Assembly (NCBI GenBank): GCA_021325435.1
Contig: JAJPHE010000160.1
Coordinates: forward strand, 10,202-74,201
DNA from: Actinomycetota bacterium
GTDB taxonomy: Bacteria; Actinomycetota; Acidimicrobiia; Acidimicrobiales; JAJPHE01
Reading direction: 5' to 3'
DNA: 64,000 bases
Shown here: positions 1 to 9,215 of the stretch, one piece after another
Position numbering within the stretch: position 1 is the first letter of the stretch
Layout of the letters: the number at the start of each line of letters is the position of its first letter
Notes under the pieces: generated by a model
Database searches by the model: none
What the model was told of the DNA's origin: nothing
What the model saw: the letters and a program-made list of their open reading frames with translations, nothing else
Position numbers and translations under genes: made by a program

Positions 1-1405
1 GGTCCAGGCCGGTGAGAAGGTGCTGTGGGTGGGCGAGAACAGCCTCGAGGTGGTCGTCCTGGTCAACGCCATCCGCAAGACCGGCGCGGTCGGTGTGCCG
101 ATGAACTACCGGCTCACCAACGAGGAGGCGGCCTACGTGGTCGACAACTCCGACGCCGTCGCGGTGGTCTTCGACGTCGACCAGGCCGACCAGCTTTCCG
201 GTCTGCCCGACCGGTGCGGCAAGGTCCGTCACTGGGTGCGCTTCCGCTGCGGGGCCGCCGAGGGCCCGCAGTGGGCGCGCTGCATGTCCGATCTCGTCGA
301 GCAGGCGCCCGAAGATGAGCCGGAGCGGCCCGGTGACGACCCCGGCCTGGCCGCCACCATGATCTACACGTCCGGCACCACGGGCAAGCCCAAGGGGGCG
401 TTGCGCACCCGGCAGGACCCGGCGGTGTCGGGCGCCCTGGCCGCCCTTGTCGGCTGGCAGCCCGACGACGTGTACATCACCACCGGGCCGCTGTACCACT
501 CCGGCCCCCTCGGCTTCATGGCGATCGTCCAGCGCCTCGGCGGCACCGTGGTGGTGCTGCCGAAGTTCGACCCAGAGCGTTGGCTGGAGCTGGTCGACCG
601 GCACCAGGTGACCACCACGTTCTCGGCGCCGACGCCGGTGCGTCGCATCGTCGACCTCCCCGAGGAGGTCCGCCGCCGGTACGACGCCTCCTCGCTGGCC
701 CGGGTCATCGCCAACGCCGCTCCGTGGCCCTTCGAGCTCAAGCGGAAGTACGTCGAGTGCTTCGGCGACACGTCGCTCTGGGAGGTCTACGGCTCGACCG
801 AGCTGGGGGTGAACACGGTGCTCGCCCCCTCCGACCAGATGCGCAAGCCCGGTAGCTGCGGACGGGCCGCCCCGCTGGTCGACATCATGCTGGTGGGTGA
901 CGACGGTGAGGAGGTGACCGAGCCGCACGTCCCCGGGGAGCTGTTCGTCCGGTCGGGGTCCACCTTCGACACCTACTACAAGGACGGCGAGAAGTTCGAG
1001 CGGTCCCGGCGGGGAGACTTCCTGTCGGTGGGCGACGTCGCCTACCGCGACGAGGAAGGCTTCTATTACATCTGCGACCGCAAGTCCGACATGATCATCT
1101 CGGGCGGCATGAACATCTACCCGGCCGAGATCGAAGCGGTGCTGGTGGCCCATCCGGCGGTGGCGGATGCCGCAGTGTTCGGCATCCCCAGCGACGAGTG
1201 GGGCGAGTCGGTCCACGCCGTGGTCAGCCCGTACCCCCAAGTGGAGGTGTCCGACGCCGAGCTACAGGAGCTGTGCCGCCAGCACCTGGCCGGCTACAAG
1301 GTCCCCCGGAGCTTCGACCGCATGGCGGAGATCCCCCGGACTCCGTCAGGGAAGATCCTCAAGCGCCAGCTGCGGGCCCCCTACTGGGAGGCCGCCGGTC
1401 GCTGA
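1..1405 (+). CDS. AMP-dependent acyl-CoA synthetase/ligase, 5'-truncated by the window edge
   Basis: The frame of ORF 20..1405 stays open back to position 2. It carries the ANL adenylation motifs MIYTSGTTGKPKGA and YGSTE and a C-terminal PSGKILKR. The first motif lies too near the ORF start for a complete protein. Confidence 0.85.
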   Translation, partial: VQAGEKVLWVGENSLEVVVLVNAIRKTGAVGVPMNYRLTNEEAAYVVDNSDAVAVVFDVDQADQLSGLPDRCGKVRHWVRFRCGAAEGPQWARCMSDLVEQAPEDEPERPGDDPGLAATMIYTSGTTGKPKGALRTRQDPAVSGALAALVGWQPDDVYITTGPLYHSGPLGFMAIVQRLGGTVVVLPKFDPERWLELVDRHQVTTTFSAPTPVRRIVDLPEEVRRRYDASSLARVIANAAPWPFELKRKYVECFGDTSLWEVYGSTELGVNTVLAPSDQMRKPGSCGRAAPLVDIMLVGDDGEEVTEPHVPGELFVRSGSTFDTYYKDGEKFERSRRGDFLSVGDVAYRDEEGFYYICDRKSDMIISGGMNIYPAEIEAVLVAHPAVADAAVFGIPSDEWGESVHAVVSPYPQVEVSDAELQELCRQHLAGYKVPRSFDRMAEIPRTPSGKILKRQLRAPYWEAAGR

Positions 1406-1466
1406 GGGCGACACCAGGCGGGAGGATCATCCGTGAGGAGGAGGCGGATACCTCCGTCAGGGGGAT

Positions 1467-2222
1467 GTGGCTGAAACTGCCGCTGGTTACCCTGCCCCGG
1501 TGACCGACGCGGGGTTCGACTACGACCACGCCCCGGTACGCACCCGCGACCGGCCGCTGTTCGGCATGCTCCTCTTGGGCGTCGGCGCCGTCTGGCTGCT
1601 CAGCCAGGCCCACGTCCTGCATCTGGCGGCCGAGACGCTGCTGTCGCTCCTGCTCATAGCCATCGGTGTCAGCCTCGTCCTTACCGGGCGGACCGGAGGG
1701 CGCAAGCTGCCCATCATCCTCGGGGCGGTCGTGACCGTGCTGCTGCTGAGCAACCCCACCCACGTCAACGCCTGGATGCCTCACGCCGCCGGCAACTCCT
1801 ACGTCCAGCCCCAGACGGTCGACGATCTGCGCCCCTACCGCGAGGGTTTCGGCAACATGACCATCGACCTCACCTCCTTGGTCTTGCCCGCCGGCACCAC
1901 CACGGTCGACGCCGAAGTCGGGTTCGGAAACCTGACCGTCCGGGTGCCAGACGGGGCCGCCGTCCGGGTCGACGCCGGCGACGGCGCCGGCAACGTCACC
2001 ATCGAGGGGCAGCGGCTGGGCGGCGGGCTGGTGACCGACCAGCCCTGGACCTCCGCCGGCTATGACCGAGCGGCGGACCGCCTCGAGCTCAAACTCCGGG
2101 TGGGGGCGGGCAATATCGACGTGGTTGCCATCTCCAGCTCCCCCCAGCCCAAGTCGGGGGAGAAGGTGCCGACCCCGCCGGACGTGCCTGTCCCGCCGAG
2201 CCCGCCCGGAGCGAACCAGTGA
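1467..2222 (+). CDS. LiaF-like membrane protein (DUF2154-type C-terminal domain)
   Basis: N-terminal TM helices (LFGMLLLGVGAVWLL, LLSLLLIAIGVSLVL). The C-terminal beta-rich segment GNLTVRVPDGAAVRVDAGDGAGNVTIEG is typical of LiaF-family domains. Its stop overlaps the kinase start (GTGA at 2219-2222). An alternative start is GTG 1500. Confidence 0.65.
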   Translation: MAETAAGYPAPVTDAGFDYDHAPVRTRDRPLFGMLLLGVGAVWLLSQAHVLHLAAETLLSLLLIAIGVSLVLTGRTGGRKLPIILGAVVTVLLLSNPTHVNAWMPHAAGNSYVQPQTVDDLRPYREGFGNMTIDLTSLVLPAGTTTVDAEVGFGNLTVRVPDGAAVRVDAGDGAGNVTIEGQRLGGGLVTDQPWTSAGYDRAADRLELKLRVGAGNIDVVAISSSPQPKSGEKVPTPPDVPVPPSPPGANQ

Positions 2223-3141
2223 CCGCTACCGCCCGGCCCGTCGCCCACCCGTTCCACATCCGGCGGGTCACCTTCGGGGTCATCTACATCGTCGTCGGCT
2301 TGGCCTTTCTCATGGAGAGCTTCAACCTCTGGAAGGTCCACGCCGGCGACATCTGGCCGCTCGCCCTCATCGGCTTCGGCACCAGCGTCCTGCTCGGCCG
2401 GGCCCGGAGGATCCAGGTGGAGGAGGACCGGGGCGCCCAGCTGGCGGTGGCCGAGGAGCGGGTCCGCATCGCCCGTGAGCTGCACGACATCGTCGCACAC
2501 AGCGTCAGCCTGATGACGATCCAGATCGCCGCCGCCCGGCGGGTGCGCCACACCCGGCCCGACGCGGCCGATCAGGCGCTGGAGGCGGCCGAGCGCACCG
2601 GTCGGCAGAGCCTGGCCGAGCTGCGTCAGATGCTGGCCATGCTGAGGGGCGCGGACGCGTCGATCGGCGCCGCCGGGTTGCACCGCCAGACGGAGGAGGA
2701 GCGGGTCCACGGACGGCGGCCCCTCCCCGGTCTCGCCGACCTCAAGTCCCTCGTGGCGGCGCCGGCGAGGCCGGCCTCGACGTCAGCCTGCGCGAGTCGG
2801 GCACCCCCCCGGAGAGCGCCGGCAGCGTCGGCCTCGCCGTCTACCGGGTCGTACAGGAGGCGCTGACCAACGCCATGCGTCATGCCGGGCCGTCGGCCCA
2901 CGTCCAGGTGGAGGTGGTGTACGCGCCCGGGTTCATCGTGCTCTTCGTCGACGACGACGGACCCGGCGTCCGGACCGACGGCGGTCGGGGGGCAGACGGC
3001 GCCCGAGGTGAGGGTCACGGCATCCTGGGGATGCAGGAGCGGGTGGCCGCGGTCGGCGGCATGCTCCAGGCCGGCCCCCGCCAGCCGGGCCCCGGATGGC
3101 GGGTCCACGCCCGTTTCCCCCTGGGGATCGAAGGCGCTTGA
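2219..3141 (+). pseudogene. LiaS/NarL-type sensor histidine kinase (HisKA_3 + HATPase_c) split by a 1-nt frameshift near 2755-2765
   Basis: ORF 2219..2866 carries 2 TM helices and the H-box ARELHDIVAHSVSLMTIQ, then degenerates into Arg/Pro/Ser-rich sequence. In the other frame the expected continuation reads GEAGLDVSLRESGTPPESAGSVGLAVYRVVQEALTNAMRHAG, joining ORF 2875..3141 (HATPase: [18 protein letters not shown]). Confidence 0.75.
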
Positions 3142-3800
3142 TCCGCATCCTGGTGGTGGACGACCAGGCCCTGGTCCGGTCGGGCTTCCGCCTCATCCTC
3201 GAGGGTGAGGACGACTTCGAGGTCGTCGGTGAGGCCGCCGATGGCGACGAGGCGATCGAACTGGCCCGGCGGCTGTCCCCCGACGTCGTGCTGATGGACG
3301 TGCGCATGCCCAGGATGGACGGGGTCGAGGCCACCCGGCGCCTGGCCGGGGTGACCGACGCCCGGGTCCTCATCCTCACCACCTTCGATCTCGACGAGTA
3401 CCTGTTCGACGCGGTTCGGGCCGGCGCCAGCGGCTTCCTGCTGAAGGACGTGCCCCCCGACGACCTGGTGACGGGGGTGCGGGCGGTGGCTCGGGGTGAC
3501 GCCCTCATCGAGCCGAGGATGACCAGGCGCCTGCTCCACGAGTTCGCCCGCCACCCCGGTCCGGGCTCCGGGCGGCCGACCCTCGACAAGCTGACCGAGC
3601 AGCTCACCAGCCGTGAGCTGGAGGTGCTGCGCGAGCTGGCCCGGGGCCTGTCGAACGCCGAGATCGCCGAGCGCCTCTACATCAGCGAGACGACGGTCAA
3701 GACCCACGTCGCCCACCTCCTGACCAAGCTCGGCCTGCGCGACCGCATCCAGGCGGTGGTCCTCGCCTACGAGTCGGGCCTGGTCTCGGCCGGCGGCTGA
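3138..3800 (+). CDS. NarL/LuxR-family response regulator (LiaR-like)
   Basis: Receiver domain ([27 protein letters not shown]) plus a LuxR HTH ([36 protein letters not shown]). TTG 3138 overlaps the kinase TGA (TTGA). The track's ATG 3096 adds an Arg/Pro-rich extension inside the kinase gene. Confidence 0.9.
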   Translation: MIRILVVDDQALVRSGFRLILEGEDDFEVVGEAADGDEAIELARRLSPDVVLMDVRMPRMDGVEATRRLAGVTDARVLILTTFDLDEYLFDAVRAGASGFLLKDVPPDDLVTGVRAVARGDALIEPRMTRRLLHEFARHPGPGSGRPTLDKLTEQLTSRELEVLRELARGLSNAEIAERLYISETTVKTHVAHLLTKLGLRDRIQAVVLAYESGLVSAGG

Positions 3801-3924
3801 TATCAGCCTCACGGAGGAGGCGAAATCCTCAATGCGGCCGACGACGACCGGGCGCCCGGGGCTTACGTTCCTCTCAACGGGTCGGAGCCGGGCATGGCGG
3901 CGACCCGGCGAAGGGAGCACTGCG

Positions 3925-4167
3925 ATGACGAGGTGGGGCATGGAGCGGACGGCGTGGGACAGGGACGTGAGCCCGTACGGGCGCGAGCGGTCGCTGGTCG
4001 CCACCATGGGGCGGGCGGCCGTGGCCGGGGTGTTCGCGGTGGTCGCCGTGGTGATGCTGTGGCATCTGGTCGGCTTCCTCTTCGGAGCGGTGGTGTTCGC
4101 CGCCCACGTGGTGGTGGTGCTGGCCGTCCTCGCCGCCATCGGCTGGGTCATCCACAAGCTGCTGTAG
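3925..4167 (+). CDS. small two-TM membrane protein, hypothetical
   Basis: ATG 3925 is preceded by AAGGGAG (3911-3917). Hydrophobic stretches AAVAGVFAVVAVVMLWHLVGFLFGAVVFAAHVVVVLAVLAAIGWVI. A hairpin follows the stop. No family was recognised. Confidence 0.4.
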   Translation: MTRWGMERTAWDRDVSPYGRERSLVATMGRAAVAGVFAVVAVVMLWHLVGFLFGAVVFAAHVVVVLAVLAAIGWVIHKLL

Positions 4168-4184
4168 CAGCGGCGGGGCCGCTG
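4168..4184 (+). terminator. GC hairpin directly after the small membrane ORF
   Basis: CAGCGGC-GGG-GCCGCTG, a 7-bp stem with a 3-nt loop, starting 1 nt after TAG 4165-4167. There is no U-tract. Confidence 0.35.
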
Positions 4185-4209
4185 GCTTCTCCTGGCTACC
4201 GTCACCGGC

Positions 4210-5487
4210 GTGGCGGGCCGGGGAGGGCGGCTGGTGGGGGAGACCTTCTCCTCCCTGCGCATCCGCAACTTCCGGCTGTTCTTCGTCGGCCAGCTGGTGT
4301 CGAACAGCGGGAACTGGCTGACGATCGTGGCCCTGACCCTGCTGGTGCTGCACCGCACCGACAGGGGAACCGCCGTCGGACTGCTGTCGGCGTGCCAGTT
4401 CGGCCCGATGCTCGTCCTGTCGGCGTGGGCCGGACTGGTCGCCGACCGGGTCGACAAGCGGCGGCTGCTCTGTCTCACCCAGGGATTGGAGATGGGCCAG
4501 TCGGCCACCTTGGCCGCCCTGGCGTTCATCCCCGGCATCCCCCTCGTCGTCTTCTATCTGGTCGCCCTGGCCGGAGGGGTCATGCTGGCCTTCGACAACC
4601 CGGCGCGCCGGTCGTTCGTCAACGAGATGGTGGACCGGCCCAACGTGACCAACGCGGTGACGCTGTACAGCGCGCTGGTCAACCTCTCGCGCATCTTCGG
4701 GCCGACCGTGGCCGGCCTGCTGGTGGTCAGCTTGGGTTTCGGGTGGTGCTTCACCATCGACGCCGTCTCCTACGTGGGCGTGCTGACCGCCCTGGTGATG
4801 ATGCGCCCCGGGGAGCTGTATCGGGGGGCGCCGTCGCGGCGGGGCCCGGGACAGATCCGCGCAGGCCTCCGCTACATCCGCCGGGCGGCCGAGCTGCGGA
4901 TCTCCTTCGTCGTCCTCCTCGTCATCGGGGCGGTCAGCTACAACTTCACCGTCGTCTTCCCGCTGTTCGTGGAGAAAGGGCTGCACCGGGGTGACGCCGC
5001 CTACGCCTTTCTCTATGCGGTGTTCAGCGCCGGCTCGGTGATCGGTTCCCTCTTCGTCGCTCGCCGCTCGGAGGTGGGGATGCGCAGCATCGTCGGCGGG
5101 GCGGCCCTGTTCGGCGTGGCGATGATCGGCCTGGCCCTCTCACCGGGGATGACGGTCGCCTACCCGGTGGCGGCTCTGGTGGGCGGGGCCAGCGTCGCCT
5201 ACATGACCGCCACCACGGCGCTGGCCCAGCTGCGGGCCGAACCCGTCATGGTGGGCCGGGTGCTCGGGCTGCAGACCGTGCTGTTGATCGGCACGACACC
5301 GGTCAGCGGGCCCCTCCTCGGGTTGCTGGCCGACCTGGCCGGGGCCCGCATGCCGGTCCTGGTCGGCGGTGTCGCCGCCGCCGGGGCCAGCGTCTACGCC
5401 GCAGTGGCTTGGTTCGGGCCGGCCCGGGCCGAGGACCGCGCCCTCGCGGAGCGAGCAGCCGCAGAGCGAGGGAGGGCGGTTACCTGA
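4210..5487 (+). CDS. MFS transporter (EntS/MFS_3-like efflux family)
   Basis: N-terminus FSSLRIRNFRLFFVGQLVSNSGNWLTIVAL is typical of this MFS subgroup. About 12 hydrophobic segments. Start could be GTG 4210 or GTG 4237. Confidence 0.8.
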   Translation: MAGRGGRLVGETFSSLRIRNFRLFFVGQLVSNSGNWLTIVALTLLVLHRTDRGTAVGLLSACQFGPMLVLSAWAGLVADRVDKRRLLCLTQGLEMGQSATLAALAFIPGIPLVVFYLVALAGGVMLAFDNPARRSFVNEMVDRPNVTNAVTLYSALVNLSRIFGPTVAGLLVVSLGFGWCFTIDAVSYVGVLTALVMMRPGELYRGAPSRRGPGQIRAGLRYIRRAAELRISFVVLLVIGAVSYNFTVVFPLFVEKGLHRGDAAYAFLYAVFSAGSVIGSLFVARRSEVGMRSIVGGAALFGVAMIGLALSPGMTVAYPVAALVGGASVAYMTATTALAQLRAEPVMVGRVLGLQTVLLIGTTPVSGPLLGLLADLAGARMPVLVGGVAAAGASVYAAVAWFGPARAEDRALAERAAAERGRAVT

Positions 5488-5496
5488 CCGAGGACC

Positions 5497-6483
5497 TCAG
5501 CTCGGACTGCGGGCGGGGGTGTGGGCCCTCAGGTAGAACCAGTAGCCCCAACCCACCGGCAGCAGGGCCCAGAAGCTGATCAGCCGGTACAGGAGGGAAA
5601 CGGCAAGGCCCCGCGACGCCGGCATGCCGTACACGGCGAGCAGCCCGGTGAGGCCCGCCTCGACCACCCCTAGCCCGCCGGGGGTGATGGGCAACATGCC
5701 GGCCACCTTGGCCAGGGCGTAGGCGACCAGGACCCCGGGCCAGGGGACGTGAAAGTGCAGCGCCCCGATGCAGAGCACCAGGCACCCCAGGTCGGCCAGC
5801 CAGTTCACCATGGACGCGGCCATCGCTCGGCCCCACTGAAAGGGGCTGGGCTGGTAGCGGCGCAGCCGTGTGGATGTCTCGAGGACCCAGCGCCGGGCGC
5901 TCTTCCAGCGCGACAGGCGGTCAGCCACCCACCCGACCAGGTCGGAGTAGCTCATCCCCCGTAGGTGGAGGATCACCACGACCACCGCCACGACCGGGGG
6001 GATGGCGGCCAGGAAGGCCACCGGCACCTTGGCCGCGGCGGTGGGCCCGCCCTCGGTCAGCTCGATGCCGGCGGCGAGGACCAGGAAGAGGCAGAAGCTC
6101 GACGTGGCCCCGCTGATCAGGACGTCCCAGCCGGCGAGGGTCCGGTCGGCGCCCCGTCGCCGTAGCTGCTGGAAGAGGAAGGCGGTCGACCACGCCACGC
6201 CACCCGGAACCGACATGGTGATGGCGTTGTGGGCGGCGGTGAGCTCGGCCATCTCCGTGGTGCGGATGTGTACCCCGCCCGGCTGGAGGAAGAGCCACTC
6301 GACCCGGGCGAGGGCGAACACCGACGCCGCCTCGGCCAGCACGGCACCCCCGAGGAACAGGTAGCGGGGGTGGGCGAGCAGGGGCACGGCAGAGAGCAGC
6401 TCGTGGCGGCGGCGGACCAGCTCGACGACGGCCGCCACCAACAGCAGTCCTACCGCCACCTGCTTGACCCGACGCCAAGTCAC
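5497..6483 (-). CDS. lysylphosphatidylglycerol-synthase TM-region family (UPF0104, flippase-like) membrane protein
   Basis: Polytopic membrane protein with the family-typical MLPITPGGLGVVEAGLTGLL motif near the C-terminus. Confidence 0.75.
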   Translation of the reverse strand: MTWRRVKQVAVGLLLVAAVVELVRRRHELLSAVPLLAHPRYLFLGGAVLAEAASVFALARVEWLFLQPGGVHIRTTEMAELTAAHNAITMSVPGGVAWSTAFLFQQLRRRGADRTLAGWDVLISGATSSFCLFLVLAAGIELTEGGPTAAAKVPVAFLAAIPPVVAVVVVILHLRGMSYSDLVGWVADRLSRWKSARRWVLETSTRLRRYQPSPFQWGRAMAASMVNWLADLGCLVLCIGALHFHVPWPGVLVAYALAKVAGMLPITPGGLGVVEAGLTGLLAVYGMPASRGLAVSLLYRLISFWALLPVGWGYWFYLRAHTPARSPS

Positions 6484-6547
6484 GGGCTCTCGCTACCCAG
6501 TAACCCGGGCCCGGACGCCGAGCGGCTCTGGGAGCCCGTCGCCAAAC

Positions 6548-6563
6548 TTGACCCCACGGTCAA
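6548..6563. promoter_or_regulatory. perfect 6-4-6 palindrome TTGACC-CCAC-GGTCAA in a divergent intergenic region
   Basis: Read directly from the sequence. It lies 78 nt upstream of the acyl-CoA dehydrogenase start. The left arm also resembles a -35 hexamer. Confidence 0.25.
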
Positions 6564-6640
6564 GAAACCGTTGGACTGGGAAGTAACAGAGCGTCAACCA
6601 CCCGACGATCCGAGCGATCGACGGCAGCCGAGGAGCAGCG

Positions 6641-7981
6641 ATGGCCGACACCACCACCGCCCAACGGGGAAGCACCGCCGGTAGCGCCGGCGACGATGTC
6701 ACCACCGAGGTCAAAGCCTGGCTGGCCGAGAACTGGGACGCCGACCTGACCGTGGCCGAGTGGTGGGAGCGCCTCGGCACGTCGGGCTGGGCCGCGCCCT
6801 CCTTGCCTTCCGACTCCTACGGCAAGGGCCTCTCCCGCGAGGAGAGCGTCCGAGTCCAGCAGGCCATCGCCGAGTTCGGCGCCCTCGGCGCCCCCGGTGG
6901 CCTCGGCCTGCTGTTGGCCGCGCCCACCATCGCCACCCACGGGACCGACGAGCAGAAGGAGCTCTACGTCCGCCAGATCGTCACCGGGCAGAAGGCGTGG
7001 TGCCAGCTGTTCAGCGAGCCGGGGGCCGGCTCCGATCTGGCCGGCCTGCAGACCCGGGCCATCCGCGACGGCGACGAGTGGGTGATCAGCGGCCAGAAGG
7101 TGTGGACCTCGGGCGGTCAGATCGCCGACATGGGCATGCTCCTCGCCCGCACCGACCCCGATGTCCCCAAGCACCAGGGCATCACCTGGTTCGCCTTCGA
7201 CATGCACCAGGAAGGCGTCGAGGTGCGGCCGCTGCGCGAGATGACGGGGCGGGCCCTGTTCAACGAGGTGTTCATCGCCGAGGCCCGGGTCCACAACGAC
7301 GCCATCATCGGCGGCCTCAACAACGGGTGGGCCGTGGCCAACACCACCCTGGCCTTCGAGCGGGCCGGCCTGGGCGCCGGAGGCGGCACGGCGGCCGGAG
7401 GTGCCGCGTCCCCCGGCACGGTCGCCGCCGACCTGGGCAAGCGGGCGGGCGACTTCGTCGGCGGCATGGGGCGGAGGGGGGCGACGGGCGGCGGCGGCCT
7501 CTTCGGGGCCACCGAGAAGCTGCTCGTCGAGCTGGCCAAGGGCAACGGGGCGATCTCCGACCCCACCATCCGCCAGGACCTCATGCGCCTGCACACCCTC
7601 AACGAGATCGCCCGCTACACCAACCTGCGCCAGAAGGCGTTGCGGGGGGTCGGCGGTGACATCCCGGGGCTGGGCAATATCGCCAAGCTGTCGATGAGCC
7701 ACATCCTGCGGCTGTCCCGCGACCTGGGGCTGCGGATCCTCGGGCCCCTGGGCACCCTGCACGCCTACACGCCCGACCAGCGCAAGACCCTCGACGGGGT
7801 GACCAAGAACCCCTTCGCCGGCATGGTCACCGAGATGGCGCTGTTCACCCAGGGACCATCCATCTACGGCGGCACCGACGAGATCCAGCACAACATCATC
7901 GGCGAGCGGGTGCTCGGCCTGCCGAAGGAGCCGAGCAACGACCGGGTGACCCCCTTCCGCGAGCTGCCGAAGAACGGTTGA
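6641..7981 (+). CDS. acyl-CoA dehydrogenase (FadE-like)
   Basis: WCQLFSEPGAGSDLAGLQTRAIRDGDEWVISGQKVWTSG and C-terminal IYGGTDEIQHNIIGERVLGLP are classic ACAD motifs. It contains a Gly-rich insertion. Confidence 0.9.
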   Translation: MADTTTAQRGSTAGSAGDDVTTEVKAWLAENWDADLTVAEWWERLGTSGWAAPSLPSDSYGKGLSREESVRVQQAIAEFGALGAPGGLGLLLAAPTIATHGTDEQKELYVRQIVTGQKAWCQLFSEPGAGSDLAGLQTRAIRDGDEWVISGQKVWTSGGQIADMGMLLARTDPDVPKHQGITWFAFDMHQEGVEVRPLREMTGRALFNEVFIAEARVHNDAIIGGLNNGWAVANTTLAFERAGLGAGGGTAAGGAASPGTVAADLGKRAGDFVGGMGRRGATGGGGLFGATEKLLVELAKGNGAISDPTIRQDLMRLHTLNEIARYTNLRQKALRGVGGDIPGLGNIAKLSMSHILRLSRDLGLRILGPLGTLHAYTPDQRKTLDGVTKNPFAGMVTEMALFTQGPSIYGGTDEIQHNIIGERVLGLPKEPSNDRVTPFRELPKNG

Positions 7982-7986
7982 GGCCC

Positions 7987-9198
7987 TCACGCCGGGGCCA
8001 TCCCCGGCCGTAGCGGCAACAGGCACACCAGGGCGCCGGCGCTCAGTATCAGCCCGGCGCCCACGGCCCACTCGTAGCTGCCGGTCACGTCGATCACCAG
8101 GCCGGCCAGCGGCGGGCCGACCAGGGCGCCGAGGCCGGCGCCGCTGTAGAGCACCCCCAGCACCCCTCCCAGCCCACGGACGCCGAACAGCTCGGCCGCC
8201 ACGGCCGGCGACAGGGCGATGAACCCTCCGTAACCGAGGCCGAACACCAGGGCGAACACGATCAGCCACAGCGCGCTCCTGCCCACCAACCAGAACAGGA
8301 AGCTGCCGCCCAGCACGACGAAGCACGCCCGGTAGCTGCGCAACAGCCCCGCCCGTTCGGCCACCGGCCCGAGAGCGAGGCGCCCCACCGTGCTCGACGC
8401 ACCGACGAGGCCCACCAGCGAAGCGGCGGCGACTCTGCTCATCCCCCTGCCGTGGGCGTAGGGAACGAGGAAGACGAAGGGGATGTAGAGCGCCATCGAG
8501 CCGAGGATCCCCGACACGTACAACCACACGAAAGCGGGAGACAGCAGCACCTGGCGACCCGGCGCCCCCACCGGGCCGCCGGCGTGGGCCGGTGGGCGGC
8601 GGGCCACGACCGCGCAGGCGGCCAGCAGCACGGCGGAGAGCGCTCCGAACACCACCTCGGTGTGACGCCATCCGATGTGGTCGATGAGCACGGCAGCCAA
8701 CGGGGAGATGGCGAGGGTGCCGACGCCGATGCCGGCCACCGCCACGCCGAGGGCGGTGCTGCGCCGTCGGCGGAACCAGCCGCCTACCACGCCGAGCATC
8801 GGCACGTAGCCGCAGGCGACCCCCACCCCAACTCCCAGGCCGTAGGTCAGGTAGGCCAACCACAGTCGGCCGACCAGCGATGTAGCCGCCACTCCCGCTC
8901 CCATGACGACCGCGCCCACGGCCAGCACTACCCGGGGCCCGAACCGGTCAGCGGCCGGGCCGCTCACCGCCCCCAGGGCGAAGTAGGCGAAGGCGGTGAG
9001 GGAGAAGACCAGGCTGGTGGCGCCGCTGCCGGCGTGGAAGGTCCTGGAGATCGGCCCGAAGAAGGCGCCGAAGCTGTAGGCCACCCCGAACACGACGAAC
9101 ATCGACACGAAGCTGGCCGCCACCATGCCCCAGGCCCGGGGGCTGTCGTAGCCCTCGTCGCCGAGGTCGGGGGATGTGGGCCCAGCCGCCAATCCCAT
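7987..9198 (-). CDS. MFS transporter (oxalate/formate antiporter-like subgroup)
   Basis: Twelve hydrophobic segments and an MFS-like loop GWFRRRRSTALGVAVAG. Start set at ATG 9198 (MGLAAGPTS...). The 541-aa track ORF adds an Arg-rich extension that overlaps the upstream gene. Confidence 0.8.
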   Translation of the reverse strand: MGLAAGPTSPDLGDEGYDSPRAWGMVAASFVSMFVVFGVAYSFGAFFGPISRTFHAGSGATSLVFSLTAFAYFALGAVSGPAADRFGPRVVLAVGAVVMGAGVAATSLVGRLWLAYLTYGLGVGVGVACGYVPMLGVVGGWFRRRRSTALGVAVAGIGVGTLAISPLAAVLIDHIGWRHTEVVFGALSAVLLAACAVVARRPPAHAGGPVGAPGRQVLLSPAFVWLYVSGILGSMALYIPFVFLVPYAHGRGMSRVAAASLVGLVGASSTVGRLALGPVAERAGLLRSYRACFVVLGGSFLFWLVGRSALWLIVFALVFGLGYGGFIALSPAVAAELFGVRGLGGVLGVLYSGAGLGALVGPPLAGLVIDVTGSYEWAVGAGLILSAGALVCLLPLRPGMAPA

Positions 9199-9215
9199 CT
9201 GTCCCGGGGCCTGGT

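Noticed and set aside
3015-4986. Overlapping long ORFs 3015..4538 (-), 3874..4986 (-) and 3894..4994 (+)
   Set aside because: They overlap the response regulator and MFS genes in other frames or on the other strand. Their composition is Arg/Pro/Gly-rich and they have no motifs.
6560-8863. 767-aa minus-strand ORF
   Set aside because: It is antisense to the acyl-CoA dehydrogenase and then out of frame across the MFS gene. The product is Arg/Gly/Pro/Ala-rich with no motifs. This is typical of GC-driven shadow ORFs, while the opposing genes have strong family signatures.
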